Source: Psammoneis japonica (taxonomy: Eukaryota). From it: 64,000 bases of DNA. The first letter of the stretch is position 1; the number at the start of each line of letters is the position of its first letter. The notes beneath the pieces are model-generated. The model was not told the DNA's origin. It did no database searches and worked only from the letters and a program-made list of their open reading frames with translations. Position numbers and translations under genes: made by a program. Of the stretch, positions 1 to 12,674 are shown one piece after another. The stretch covers positions 186,001 through 250,000 of the forward strand of contig QPGO01000051.1 in assembly GCA_008632985.1 (NCBI GenBank). The letters are read 5' to 3'.

Positions 1-298
1 GGAGTAGTAGTAGCAATCAATAAGAATAAGGCAGTGTAGAGTCGTAGACAAGTCATGGTCGATCGATAGATAGGTGTGCAATGGCCGCCGCTAGTTCAAC
101 ATACTCTCATTGTGGCATTTTGCTCTCAACGGTCACGCACAAAAATCTTCGCAGACACTTTCGTTCGAGGCGCCGCGTCTGTCCATCGACTACATGATGT
201 GAGAGCACTGAAGCCTGATTTCCAAAACTGATGAAACTGACGGAACGATGACAATGACGACGGGAACTTACAATAGCCTCTACTGACATACCGTAATC

Positions 299-652
299 AT
301 GATACTAGCTCGCCAAAGCGCAATCCATCGTCGTCGTTATTTCAGCTGTCCTTGTTTGATGTCAGTGTTTGACTCACAGCAGCAGCAAGAAACAACAAAA
401 AGACGGCGGCGGCGGCACATTCATGCCACCACAAAGCAAGAAATTCTTCCCCTCGTGGGTGCTGTTGTGGTGGGTGGAATGGGCTACGTGGCGTACAAAA
501 AATTCAAGGGACAAGGTGTTTTACCAGACGAAGCCGTCAAGGCACAAGAAGCATACAAGCAACAGCAAGAAAGAATACAACAACAGCAGCAGCAGCAATC
601 TCATGATGCTGCTGGCAAGAAGAAGGGAGAAACAGACTCCAACAAACAATAA
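299..652 (+). CDS. Small hypothetical protein with one transmembrane helix, possibly mitochondrial
   Basis: 117-aa ORF with an Arg-rich N-terminus, hydrophobic segment ILPLVGAVVVGGMGYVAY followed by KKFK, and a Gln-rich tail. Confidence 0.55.
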   Translation: MILARQSAIHRRRYFSCPCLMSVFDSQQQQETTKRRRRRHIHATTKQEILPLVGAVVVGGMGYVAYKKFKGQGVLPDEAVKAQEAYKQQQERIQQQQQQQSHDAAGKKKGETDSNKQ

Positions 653-761
653 TAAGAATCACACATGAGAATAGCATAAGACCCACTATTGTCGCAACTA
701 TTGTATCCTCAAATCATACCAAAAATACCACACAAAATCCATATCAATATCATAAAAACTA

Positions 762-1596
762 CTAAGCATCCGCATCATCGGCAATGGCATTGAGATGAAC
801 TTCAATCTCATCTTGATTCAACACGGTAAATCCTTTGGAAGACGAAGCCGCAACAGTGGCAACTTGCAGTTCATTGCCACGAAAGTCACTTCCCAAGACA
901 CTTCCCAAACAGGTAATGGCGGTTCGAATCACTTGATTTTCATCATAGTCCTTCAATTCGTCCACTCGCTTTTCCAAAAAGTTGACCGCTTCTTGTTCCT
1001 TGGGACCCGACGCGGCAGCAAAGAACGGCAAGACATGTCCCGCACAATCCACCTTGCACACTTGTGGTTTGCCATCCGTCAAGCCCACCACGAGTGCAAT
1101 ACACGCCAGTGGCCTCATACTGGCCGATTGCGTATTGACTTGGGCCAAATCCGCCATGCGCTTGGCCAACACAGCCACGGGCATTTCATAGCCATTGTCA
1201 AACGCAAAATTGGCCGCTTCGTATCGTGCTCGTTGAACCCAGGCTTGTCCATCCGCAAAGTTGTTTCCCGTCACACAGACACCGACGCGTTTGCTCAATG
1301 CGTGCAAGTGCTTTACAGAAGAAGGTTCTTGAAGACGATCGGGAACCTTTTTCTGTGTTACAACCACCACCGAATCCTTACCGCGGACCGCCACGCCTGT
1401 CAAACCGGAATTGGCAGCCTTTAGGGCGTATTCCATTTGATAGAGACGGCCTTGAGGAGAAAAGATGGAAATGTGGTGATCATAGTTGCTGTGTGTGTGT
1501 TGAATAGGGTGGGTGGGTGGGTGAGGTATGCTATCAGCATGTAATTATAACAACAGCAAAAACAACAACAACAAACACTTACGAATCGCGACTCAT
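762..1596 (-). CDS. PSMA6: 20S proteasome subunit alpha type-6 (alpha1)
   Basis: Splicing exon 1596-1583 to the exon starting at 1488 (GT-AG intron 1582-1489) gives [29 protein letters not shown], the alpha-subunit N-terminal signature. Also GKDSVVVVTQKKVPD, RARYEAA and SGPKEQEAVNFLEK. Confidence 0.93.
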
Positions 1597-2050
1597 GATT
1601 GATACTATACTGGAACAATAAGGATATCAGATAGATTAGAGAGTAGTGGGTATTGTAGTAATGTGTTTGCTTGGACGACGAGAACAGCAGCAACAACAAC
1701 AACACACAACAGCGACGGCAGCTTTGTCAATGACAGCGTCGTGGATTTTTGTTCGGCTGAGATCGATCGGATTCGATGCGCTTTGAATAAAGAAAATCTT
1801 GAATTATTCATATTTAATAATAACATTTGAAATTTGTTATTAGCTTATTCTTTTTCGTTTTCGTATTGCAGCAGATCCTATTCGTCCGAAAGAACCCGGA
1901 TCTATTACAGCCACCCGCCACCAATAAATAAATAATTGATTCGTGCTCACGACCACCGGCGCATCCACAAAATTTCTCCACAACGCATAAAATGCGAAGC
2001 ATAACAGTATCCACCCCAAGAACAGACGAATACGGTACAAAAGGTGCACC

Positions 2051-3884
2051 ATGACGAAGACAACGACGCCACCATCTCCTCTTCGTATCGCTGTGATTGG
2101 CGGTGGTCCTGGAGGTATTTTCTTTTGTCATGCTCTGGAAACATACCGTCGAGAGCTGCAAGCCGCAGGGAATTCAAAAGCACTAGCTTTGCTGCCAATT
2201 GTAACTTGCTTTGAGCGTGGTGCTCCAGCAGGAGGGGTTTGGAGAAGTGAACGAACCTTTGTTCAAAACGACAAGGAAGATTCGGACAAGGAAAATGTCA
2301 GCAACGATGACAGCAATGATGATCTCGATCTTGGTAACAAGTCATGTCAGCCGAGACCGGTCGAAACCACAAACATGTACGAAGCGCTATGGCTCAATGG
2401 CTGCAAGGAGCCAATCGAGTTTTTCGATTATACATACCAAGAACACTTTGGAGGACGACCGCTGCCGACGTATTTGCCTCGGGCCATGTACTTGGATTAC
2501 ATGATGGGTCGTGTCACCAAACACTGTCCCGACTTTTTTGACAAGTACATTCAATGCAACACATCTGTTGTAAAGTCAAGCAGAATGATACGAGAACAGT
2601 ACTTTCAAGTCACGACGGAAAATCACGTGACGAATCAAGTCGCCACCGCATGCTTTGATAAAGTCATTTGGGCAGCTGGCCAGAATGGTAAGCCAAACAT
2701 GCCCAAGGAAATGTTGTCCATGCTGCGATTGGGAGGATTCAAGGGACGCATGATTCACTCGACCGATACCGATCGTTTCCAAGACGACGTCAAGGATAAG
2801 CGTGTCTTGCTGGTTGGCGGTGGGTATTCCGCGGAAGATTTAGCACTCATGGCCATCAAGTGCCAAGCCAAACGTGTCTACATTAGTAGTCGTTCCAATA
2901 CCAATGTCGTCACATGGATGACGAGCTGGCCTCAAGACAAGGTGGAACTGTTGAATGGACAAGCTCCAGTTGCCGTGGCGGAACATGGCAGAGTTATTCA
3001 ATTTGCCAAGACCAAGTACGTATTTCTCGACAAGTACGAAACAGGATCGAGATTGTATCGGAGGTTCGTGACATTGATACGATAATCTTTTGTACGGGAT
3101 ATGCTCCCAACTTGGACATGTTGGACAAGAATTGCGCAAGCCATTGCTGGAAACGCACAATACCAAACAATTGTCTGTGCCGGCAAACTGGAAAATGAAG
3201 CCAAATCCAGTTTCAAATATCATTGGAGACGTTGTTCCCGGAGACGTTCGTTGGCCATATACGATTCGTTTTCCAGATTTGTGGAGGGGAGTCGTCATTG
3301 ACAATCCCAACATGATGGTTCTCGAAAATGAGTGGTTTCCCTTTCCATTGACGGGATTGACATTCATGCATGGGCGCTCATGCGCATTGTCACGGGCAAG
3401 CTCAAGGTTCCGTCCAAGGAGGAAATGAAAAAGCAAAACTTGAACGATGCTCTCGACAGCCTTCAAATTCCCTATCTGCGCTATTGTGTCGACAAGGCCT
3501 ACCAAGACGCTTACTGGTCCAACACGGACCCCCACGAATCAAGCCTGTCATACTATGACCGAGCCTTTTACAAGAGCAGGCCGAGTATACCAAAATGCAC
3601 TATCGTCTTGCGGCACGTGTCATGAAGGAAATTGATTATCCCATGAGCTATGGTAGTTATGAAGAAATCAATCGTCTGCTCAAATGTGCATTGATTCCGG
3701 CACGGAGGGTTACTACCATAGATCGAAGCTTCATGAGGGATCTCCAGAAGAGCGTAGCTGGAGAACCTTTCGTGATGTCAAGCATGTGGACCGTCACGTG
3801 TCCATCTTTACCGGTGCCGTCTCGGTACCTCTAAAGGGAAAATGGCTCGAAATGGATGCCAACGGTGAGACAATTCTGGATTGA
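2051..3884 (+). CDS. Flavin-containing monooxygenase (class B FMO); several apparent frameshifts in the 3' half
   Basis: FAD motif IAVIGGGPGG, GGVW, FMO-type motif FKGRMIHSTD, NADPH motif VLLVGGGYSAED, DTIIFCTGY. Coding continues across overlapping ORFs 2914-3198, 3090-3428, 3332-3625, 3595-3834 and 3684-3884 (WRTFRD). Confidence 0.85.
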
Positions 3885-4099
3885 TTATAAAAAGTAAGAA
3901 CATGCCGGTGTGGTAGGGCCCTCTAGAGAGTAGTTTGGAGCTTGATTAAGCACGTGGAACATAGATGGTTAGTCATGGGCACTACTGGCAAGCTGCTGTT
4001 TTAAAAAACCACACCTACATTTAGAGTGCTATTCCTCCTTTGTCGGCCATGCCAGCGCCGGCTAACCCGCAGTTCCAGTACACTATAGTGCGGCAGAAG

Positions 4100-6050
4100 T
4101 GCCAATGCTTAGCCAGCTTGGGCGTCACCAACAGATGACGCCAAACCAAAACAGCTGAAAAGAAATGATTTGCACAAGGAGTTTAGTGCAAGCTTGTTGG
4201 TGACAGCCACAGAAGGTGCACCACAGCAAGCCACTGCATCACACTGAGCAACTCAGTGGAAGAAAGCATGGGGTGGACCGTGGGAAGGCAAGGTGGACAA
4301 GTCTCCGGACAAGAAGTTTAACAGTCATTAGATGGCAACTCAAAGACATCCTGTGAACACATTGAAGACATTTGGAATGGAAGTTCATTGCTTCTGTTGT
4401 TCTGTGATGCCACAGGTGGTCTCCTTGCTTGCTCACTGCCGTGCTTGATCCAGCAATCAAGTCTCCAAAGTTTCAGTCTACATTGAAGTTTCAGATCCTT
4501 TGCCATGTCTTGTAAAATCACTGAAATGGTCAGATGCAGCCAAAATCAAATCAGGAATGTTGGCTCTCTGTGCAGCTGGAGCTTTCCTGGCAATGTCAAA
4601 TGTGCGCGCTTGCTGTGACGGAGGTGGCATCCAAGCATGAGAGCATCAAGGATGTTTGATTCAACCACTTTGCCAAGAGACTCGGTGGGTCTGGGACCTT
4701 TGATCTGCTCATTGCCAACACTGGCTTTGGTGATTCCATCAACTGAAGCAACAATGGTGAGCAGCGGTCCTTTCAGAACTTGTGGGGATGCCTGTTCTTG
4801 GGCACGGCAGATTTCTTTCTTGACAACATCAATCAACCTGAAAGGCAGTGACAAAGCTCAAGAACAAGCAGGAACACAGAAAGCATTTGCTTGGCCCTTT
4901 CCAAAAGCAGCCACTGTGGCTTCAAAATTGAAGATCAAAAGCAGCTCCAATGCCACCTCGGGGGCTGCACCAGCAGCAGACATTTGGAACAACATGCTGA
5001 GAATGCCAGTGTGAGCAAGCAGCACCACATCTTTGACGGCATTCCAGGAAGTTCTGAAAATTCATGGCCATCTTTTCTCAACCTCTGGTCCTCTTGACGG
5101 ATGCCGCCATGCACAAATCATCTCCCAACAATGCAGGCAAAACCTGCGTCATGCATGTTGATGTGGTGTCATCATGCAATGTGCCATGACATCAATTGCA
5201 CAGGCCCACAAATCCTTTTGGCAATGTGTGGGACAATCATGCACAGAATTTGCACTGGACTTGTAGGAACATCCATCTCTGGGTGTTTTTCTGCTGGAAC
5301 AGTGCCACATCAAAAACACCAGTGACAGACAACAAATCATTCAAAAGCCAGCCAGTGTCCCGCAGAAAAATGAAGATGCAACCCAAAAGGCACAAGCAGC
5401 AGCACAAGAATGGTCACGACAAGATGAAAAGGAACTGGCTCAAGCAACCAAGGCGACGGAATCCTGCCAAGCCACACATCAAAAGGTGACTTCACTCCAA
5501 GACAAAGCAAAGCAGAGCACTTGAAAAAGAAGAGTGAAGTTGTAGAACAAAAAGAAAAGGAGTTACAGAAGCAAGCGCAAGAAATGCAGATCCAATCAGA
5601 TGCATGCCAAGCACAGAAAATTGCAACAGAAAGAAAGAGGAAACGCAACAAATCAGCAGCTGGCAATCAATTTTTGGTGCACAAAAAGACATTTGGAGAG
5701 AAAGCGCCATGCCACACATTGTTGCCTTGTGGTCCAACACCTCCCAGTGGAGCCACACCAACAGACTCTCTTTCTTCAACTGTGCAAACAACAACAACAA
5801 TGCGCGATGCCCATCCTTTTCAAGAAGCGGCGGCAACTTGTTCAGAAATGCCAACTCTCCAGATGCCTTGCTCACAAAGTCACCCTTGCTCATGTTTTCC
5901 TGGGACGCCCTGACTTCTTCTTCCACACCATTGAGCAAGAACAGGTGGTTGCAGCACTGGCACTTTTTTCTTGATTCGTGAGTTCCTCGAACATGGAACT
6001 TCCACGATCCACGATCCACTTGCAGGATGCAGGATGTAGGCTACTTCTGA
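4100..6050. mobile_element. Degenerate repeat/TE-derived island, strongly TpA- and CpG-depleted; class not identifiable
   Basis: Near absence of TA, excess TG/CA, and Tyr-free, Cys/His-rich ORFs in all frames. Same signature as the recognisable Copia remnant at 60-63 kb. Boundaries are approximate. Confidence 0.6.
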
Positions 6051-6569
6051 GAAAATTAAGAAATGATCATCTCAAGCAATGCCCTGGCGACAGTACAAAG
6101 CAAGGGCATCAGGTGGTTTAGCTAGTCTAGCTAGCAGAGAGATTCCGGACCGTCATGGTGTGTGTGCGGCCACTGTACGGCCGATGATGATGTATCATTC
6201 AACAGCCCCTCAATTTTAATTTAAATAAATAAGTGTGTCATGTGCGTGTCAACGGAAAGCACGACAAAGATCCATTTATTGCCTCACAGAGACTTTTGGC
6301 GAAGTTGTCAAGAGCAAACGAGCAAACGATAATACGCTTGGCCATGGCGCTGAAGATCGTAGCGGTATTCCGAGTTTGGATTCGAGATGATTACTTGGAT
6401 CGAACCCAGTACCGTTTAAATTGTGTCAAAACCAACTCTGCACTTCGCGGACACGATTGCCTACACGCGAAAATCCGAAATATGCAAGCACGCACTTTCC
6501 CACGCACTTTCTTTGGCTCACAATCGCAGTTCTGGCAAGAAAGTAAAGTATCGCATCGACAATACCACC

Positions 6570-7656
6570 ATGTTGTACACTTTCATCTTCTTGAGCGCCT
6601 TGTTTCTCTTTGGTAAATCTGGCCGAACCATGGATGAGTTCAGCCCAATTGGCGCGATTTGCTGGTTCCTCGTGTTTCTCTTTTTGAGGGAAGTCAACGT
6701 CTGGTTATTCGCGGTTTTTTGCCTTATCTATCTCTTTCTAGTCTTCAAGGAGCAATACCAGATGCACCTTTACGACGAGGGCTGGACCTCCGCTTTGACC
6801 TTTGAAGACAATAAGCCATTTCTATTGTAAGTTCTCCATTGCTCTTGTTTGAACTGCCTGTTGCGACGCCATGTGTTTCTAACGTCCCATTCGTTCTTTT
6901 ATTTTTCTTGCATTCAGCCCTGATCATGGTATTGGTCGGAACGATAACGTCAAAGTTTTGCCGAGCCCTCCCACGTGCCAGTTCAGCTCTGCTCACCGTG
7001 ATGGTTGCACGCGGCAGAGCTTTCCGAACGTCAAGTTGAATTCTGTCTGGGCGTCCATCGTCGGGTCTCCCATCTGGAGCAAACTCCATTTCGTTGCCAT
7101 CAAGTCCAAAACCATCTTATTGAAGTGTATTGGTCTCGTCATTGGCATGTCCAGGGGATGCATCAAGCGTGTCGACTTTGCGAGCGCTGCAGCTGTCTTG
7201 AAGCGCCTCGATTTGACTGCTGTTGTTGTCGTGTTTCACTTCGGCATAGCTTTCAAGAATTTCGATGTCAGTAGCCTCATGGGATTTCTCTTTCGTCTCA
7301 TGTTGGGAGCAGCACTGGCCTTTCTCATTTGCGTGCACGTGACGGGATCATATTTACCGACAACCGAGTACGATCTGTCGGGCCATGGCGACGACCGTGT
7401 CAAGAAACCTTGGAAGGAGCCAACGTCGAAATTCAAGAAGGGACAGTACGTGTATTATCGCCATTCAAACAAGACGTGGAGGGCAAAGATTTTAAGGGTC
7501 TATTTTGACGATGACCTTGATCCGTTCTACGACGTGAAATTGGGCGATGCACGAGAGAAGCAGACGACCGAGGACCACCTTTCAGACGAGCTCGGCTCAG
7601 GTCACATTCAGGTTTTCATTGACATCTTTGACGACGATCCGGATTGCGACCTGTAA
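6570..7656 (+). CDS. Hypothetical membrane protein with a C-terminal Tudor/SH3-like beta-barrel; exon structure uncertain
   Basis: Hydrophobic ORF segments 6570-6830 and 6958-7340; putative GTAAGT donor at 6827; C-terminal FKKGQYVYYRHSNKTWRAKILRVYFDDDLDPFYDVKLGDAREKQT. Confidence 0.45.
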
Positions 7657-8549
7657 GGTGCTCGATGGTGGGAAGGGGATATTGTTAGTGCAATCTTGTG
7701 ACAATTATTCCAACAAGATGTTCTACTGGGGAGGATCGCCTAGTATTTTTGTGCGGATGCGGCTGTGACTTGTTTTCTGGCTCGCTTTTTCGAAAAGCAT
7801 GCCTTTGCTATCGATATGAGAGGTGCGACCATGGAAGTACTTTGTGAAGGAGAGTTTGATTGATCACGTTGGGTCTCTTTTTCAAGCTTGTATTGGATAC
7901 GTATGTACATCGAGCTGATTCCGAAGCATGTCTTTGTTTTCGAACAACATGTGAACGAGAATAAGAGATCCATGTGGCGTTCAAACTCAAACTCGTATTA
8001 TGGACATGTAAATCAAGTTGTTTCTGACGCAAAAATCTGAAAAAGACGCCTTCTTTATGAAAGGAGAGGCAAGTGGGAAAGGAAAATTGAAGCCGAGGAA
8101 ACTATTCAAGACGAGAAACGCATGGAGATACTTTGTCTATTCTACTTCAGTTGCGCAATCTATTGTTGCTTTCATTCAACCAAGATGAGTAGAGTCTTGT
8201 ACAATACAAACATTAAAAAACATTAAAAAATTTAACCAACACTTCTCCGCGTCATCGTAAACTAGCTCTAATGGCACTATTCGTCGTTCGTGTCACAGCT
8301 TGCACTTGCAATCGATTTATCGAAGGCTAAGTACGCCACTACCGGTGGACTAGTACGGGGCGTGCTTGGAGGACGGCACTTGGAATCGATGGCTTTATGC
8401 TGCTCAGCGGGAGATCGTAAGGAGACATAATAGGAAGACGACGCCGAGAACTAAACTTGAAATTAGCAGGATGTTCTAACGTTACTGACGTGACTATTCA
8501 ACGAACTACTGAAGTTAACGGCATTCGTGCGAGACGAGGGTCCTGAGCG

Positions 8550-10790
8550 CTACTCGCCCTGTCGCCGGACCCATTCTGCAACCATTTTTGCCCCAAAGCC
8601 TGTAGCTCCTGTCTTGTCATCCCAAACCTGAAAATCGATTCAATGAGAAAGATAAAAGTAAGATACGGTATTAAAGCAGCGTCCAACACATGCCGTTTCA
8701 AAAAACAAAATTATGACTCACGGGACCGGCAATGTCAATGTGTGCAAAGGGCTTCTTCTTGCTCACAAAGTTCTGCAAAAAGAGTGCGGCCGTAATGGCC
8801 CCGCCATAGCGAGTACCACAGTTCTTCAAGTCTGCAATCTTGCTTTCGAGCTGGTCATTGTACTCCTTGGCCATTGGCATTCTCCACGCCTTGTCTCCAG
8901 TGGCTTTGGAGACGCTGTCAAGTTCTGCGGCCAAGTCGTCATTGTCAGTCCAGACGCCACAAATTTTCTTCCCGAGAGAAACCATACAAGCTCCGGTGAG
9001 AGTAGATAGTTCAATAATGGACTCGCACTCCATCTCCTTGTCGGCAAAGACCAAGGCATCAGCAAGCGTCAGTCTTCCTTCGGCGTCCGTATTGATAACT
9101 TCAATTGTCTTGCCATTTGAAGCCGTCAATACATCGCTAGGAACCATGGCACGCTCATTAATCATATTCTACAAAGATAGAGAGCACCACGGACAGGTTG
9201 GATAATGATCTGGGACGAGGGATTGAAAAAGATGACACTGCATTATGCTCACCTCGCATGCCGCTACGATAAAATGCGCTTCGACGCCTGGGGGTTCCAA
9301 CGCAGCCGTGGCCCTAGCTGCTCCAAGGACAGCAGCCGCACCACCGCAATCAAATTTCATGAGTTCCATCATGGCTGTCTTGATATTGTATCCACCTGCA
9401 AGACCGAGCATTATAATGAATAAGAGTTAATACGAAAGCCGTTCCTGGTATTTTTTAGGTGCAAAAAAGCATTGGAAATCCCTTCTATGAAACGCACCTG
9501 TATCAAAAAGTAGACCCTTTCCAACGATTCCCACCTTTTTCTTTGCTTCTCCACTAGGCGGAGTATACGTCAAATGAATGAACTGAGGGTCCGTTTCGCT
9601 ACCACGCGCCACACCCAGATAGGCACCCATACCTCGCGATTCACATTCCTTCTTGCCGAGAATACTACACTTGATGCGCCCATTGGATTCAGAAGCAATG
9701 CGCTTGGCCGTATCGGCTAGACTCTCTGAATTCAACACATTGTGTGGCGCATTGACAATGTCTTTTGTCAGAAAGACACCCGTAGCAAGCTTCTTGCCCT
9801 TGTCCAAGGCATCTTGTTGAGAATCACTTCCAGATGAACAACTTGAAACAAGTGTAACCTTTGTCAGGTCGGGAGCATAGGGTTTTACTTTGGCACCAGT
9901 GCGGAATCGATTGTCGGCATACATGGTTGTGTACATGGAGGTGGAAATATCCTGCAACAAGGACGGCTCACAAACAAACGATTCAGGCAGCAAGACCTTG
10001 CAGGTTGACACCTTCTTTTCAGCGTTGCACTTGTCGCCAATGGTTTTTCCCAATGCAGACGCGACATCCGAGGCCTTGCTGCTAGCATCGTCATCATCCT
10101 CCTTGGCTGGTGTACCCATACCAACGACAATGTACCTTTTGGCCTATCGAGTACAATTCGGGAGTGAAATGCGTATGTGTAAGAAAGCAGGTACAGAGAC
10201 AATTTACAAACACCACACAGACTTACCTTGCCACCATCAGCACTCGCGACACGAAGAGTCGGAGTAGTAGACCCAGCCTTGGCCCCATTCTTGAATGCCT
10301 TGGCATTCTCCTCCATCAGGTCCGAGAGCGCACCTCCGAGAGACTCGTCGAGTTCCTTTGCCACGCCCGTCAAAACGACAGGCGTCGAATCATCGTCATC
10401 GTCTTCTTCATCCTCGTCTTCATCCTCTTTTTCATCTTTGGCTGGAGCTTCCACAGCTACCAGCGTAAGGTCCGCATCTTCCTCCGACGAAGACACGATT
10501 TCCAGTGTTGCAGGCACGAGCTCATTCCACTTCATCGTGGTGCAGTGCTTGTCGAAGGACCAAGTTGTAAAGGATTCTTCCTTGTTTCCCTTTTTCTTTG
10601 TCATTTGTAACTGCGTCAATCGTTCTCGGCTATGCTCAAACTTGGGACTCGTCGTTGTTGTAACACCAAATACTGTGCGGACGGATGCCAATCCACGACG
10701 AGAAGAAGGTCCAACAAGAGAACGAACCAAACCAAGACGTGTCAAAATCATGGTGCAAGACAAAATCAATACATTCGTCATACGCTTCAT
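8550..10790 (-). CDS. Leucyl aminopeptidase (peptidase M17) with N-terminal organellar presequence; multi-exon
   Basis: M17 motifs [55 protein letters not shown] and HIDIAGP. Last exon [25 protein letters not shown] ends at 8550. Four GT-AG introns near 10226, 9497, 9251 and 8721. Confidence 0.93.
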
Positions 10791-10969
10791 TTCTGATCCC
10801 TAAATGTGCTTACTGGTAGTTTCTAGCTAGCAACAACAACACCAACAGCAACAGAAACTCAGAGCAGCACTTGATGATGGTTTGTTTGTGCGGTGCGTCG
10901 TGAAATCTCGACATTGTACTGTAGTCGGCACGCAGAAAGCAGAAAGATACATACGCGGATACCCAGCAC

Positions 10970-10977
10970 TGACGTCA
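10970..10977. promoter_or_regulatory. TGACGTCA (CRE-type bZIP site) about 180 bp upstream of the aminopeptidase start
   Basis: Exact palindrome; recurs upstream of other genes in this window. Confidence 0.35.
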
Positions 10978-12674
10978 CCTTCCTTGTCAGTCAACCGTAC
11001 GTATTATTTGGGTAAGGCGGGCGAGCTAGATTTTGGCTCCAATTTGATAGATTGAACATTGAATCAATGAATCATTCAACCTATTTGCATCTCTCTCTAG
11101 CTATAGCCTATTCGATGTCGGTCGATGCCGTCAAAAAACCAATTACAGCATTGATAAACGTATAGGAAGATAATACTAGAACAATACTAAGTAAGTTGTC
11201 ACAGTTCTGCCAAATCGTGTTGCATGACGCTGTCGCCTCTTTGTTCCTCATCTTGTAGCCCAGCACACTTCTTTTCATCGGGAATGTCCCATGAACTATT
11301 GTTGATTGGCATGTGAGGCATAGAGTAGCATTCGTTTCTCTTTTTGGCATTGTTTCATCAAGCAAAACAGTTGAAATCGTGGAATGAAAAAATTTTGACC
11401 AGAGCATGGCCGGCCGATGCATCGTCAGATGGTCCTTGGGCGTCTCGTGGAACTGTTCCAGACAGGAGGGGAGGAGACAATCTAATCTACAATCGTAGCG
11501 TCTGAGAGATCTCTAGAGTCGATTGTCAACAACAAGCTCGGAGGTCGCCGATTCCAACAGCCTTTCTGTAGCAAGAGAATGCAGAGCTGCGGTGTCGTTG
11601 CGGCAGCAAGTGTTCTTCTCAAGGCTTGTAATTTCTTGCACCGCTTTGCCATCGCATTGGTTTTTCCTCCTTTAAATCATTGACGTCACCTTGCTAGACA
11701 GCGCAACAATCTAATTCGCTGCTACCTCCGTGCATGGCTTTTTATGAAAGAGAAAGAAGTCGGATGTCGATGAGTCATTCTAAGTCGCACTCATAATCTT
11801 GAATTAAAGATTCACGAATAGTACTCAAATGGCTTGGAGATGCGGTAAATGAGTTGAGCCACACAATGACGCCAAATATGATTGACTTACCGGTACGACA
11901 TTGCATCAACGCGTGACGCTCGCATTTCCTCTGGCAACACAGTCGCCCCGAAACACAGCGTTGGTTAATGATTTGTTGTTTTTCTCAACGGCAGTCGAAA
12001 TTTGTGAAATGGCAAACGCCGACGTAGACACGACTGAGTGTCAAAAAGAAAAGGATGGTTCATCATCTCAACGAACAATGTGTGTAAAACATGACATCGG
12101 CGAATTGTGATGAAATTTGACTGCCGTTGAAAAAATGTGTGACAAGCTCATCATTTATGTTTATCTTCATGGCATATATCTATAGTATGTGACAATGAAA
12201 CGCATCGTACTCGATACAGAGTGACTGCGTGAATTGGACGATCGAAAAATCAGTTTTGACCAATCAGAGCGTTCAACGGATGCGCGGTAAATTCAAATCT
12301 TTTATTTATTTTATCTGTGTATCAGATTTTGTACCCGGGACTTCCAATTTTTTCTGCCTTTCTCGGGCAAAGTTCGGGGAATGTCGGTTATCGACAGGTT
12401 GTTAAATAATTTAACGTCTTTTTACCGTTTACTGGACATTCATGTCATAGTAATGTAATTTTTGCGCGCATCCAATGTGCAGTGAGCTGTCCATTGCAAT
12501 CAATCGAATACGTTGAAATATACTTGTTATTTATTATTGACCTTCACTTTCGAAGATGTCATTACTGGTATACAAGACCGTGAAAAATGGCGTAGACAAG
12601 AGTGAGCGCCCACAAAAAGCGGCAACTCTCTCACAGAAACAACACAAGTCTGGGGAAAGACAACAAGAGGGACA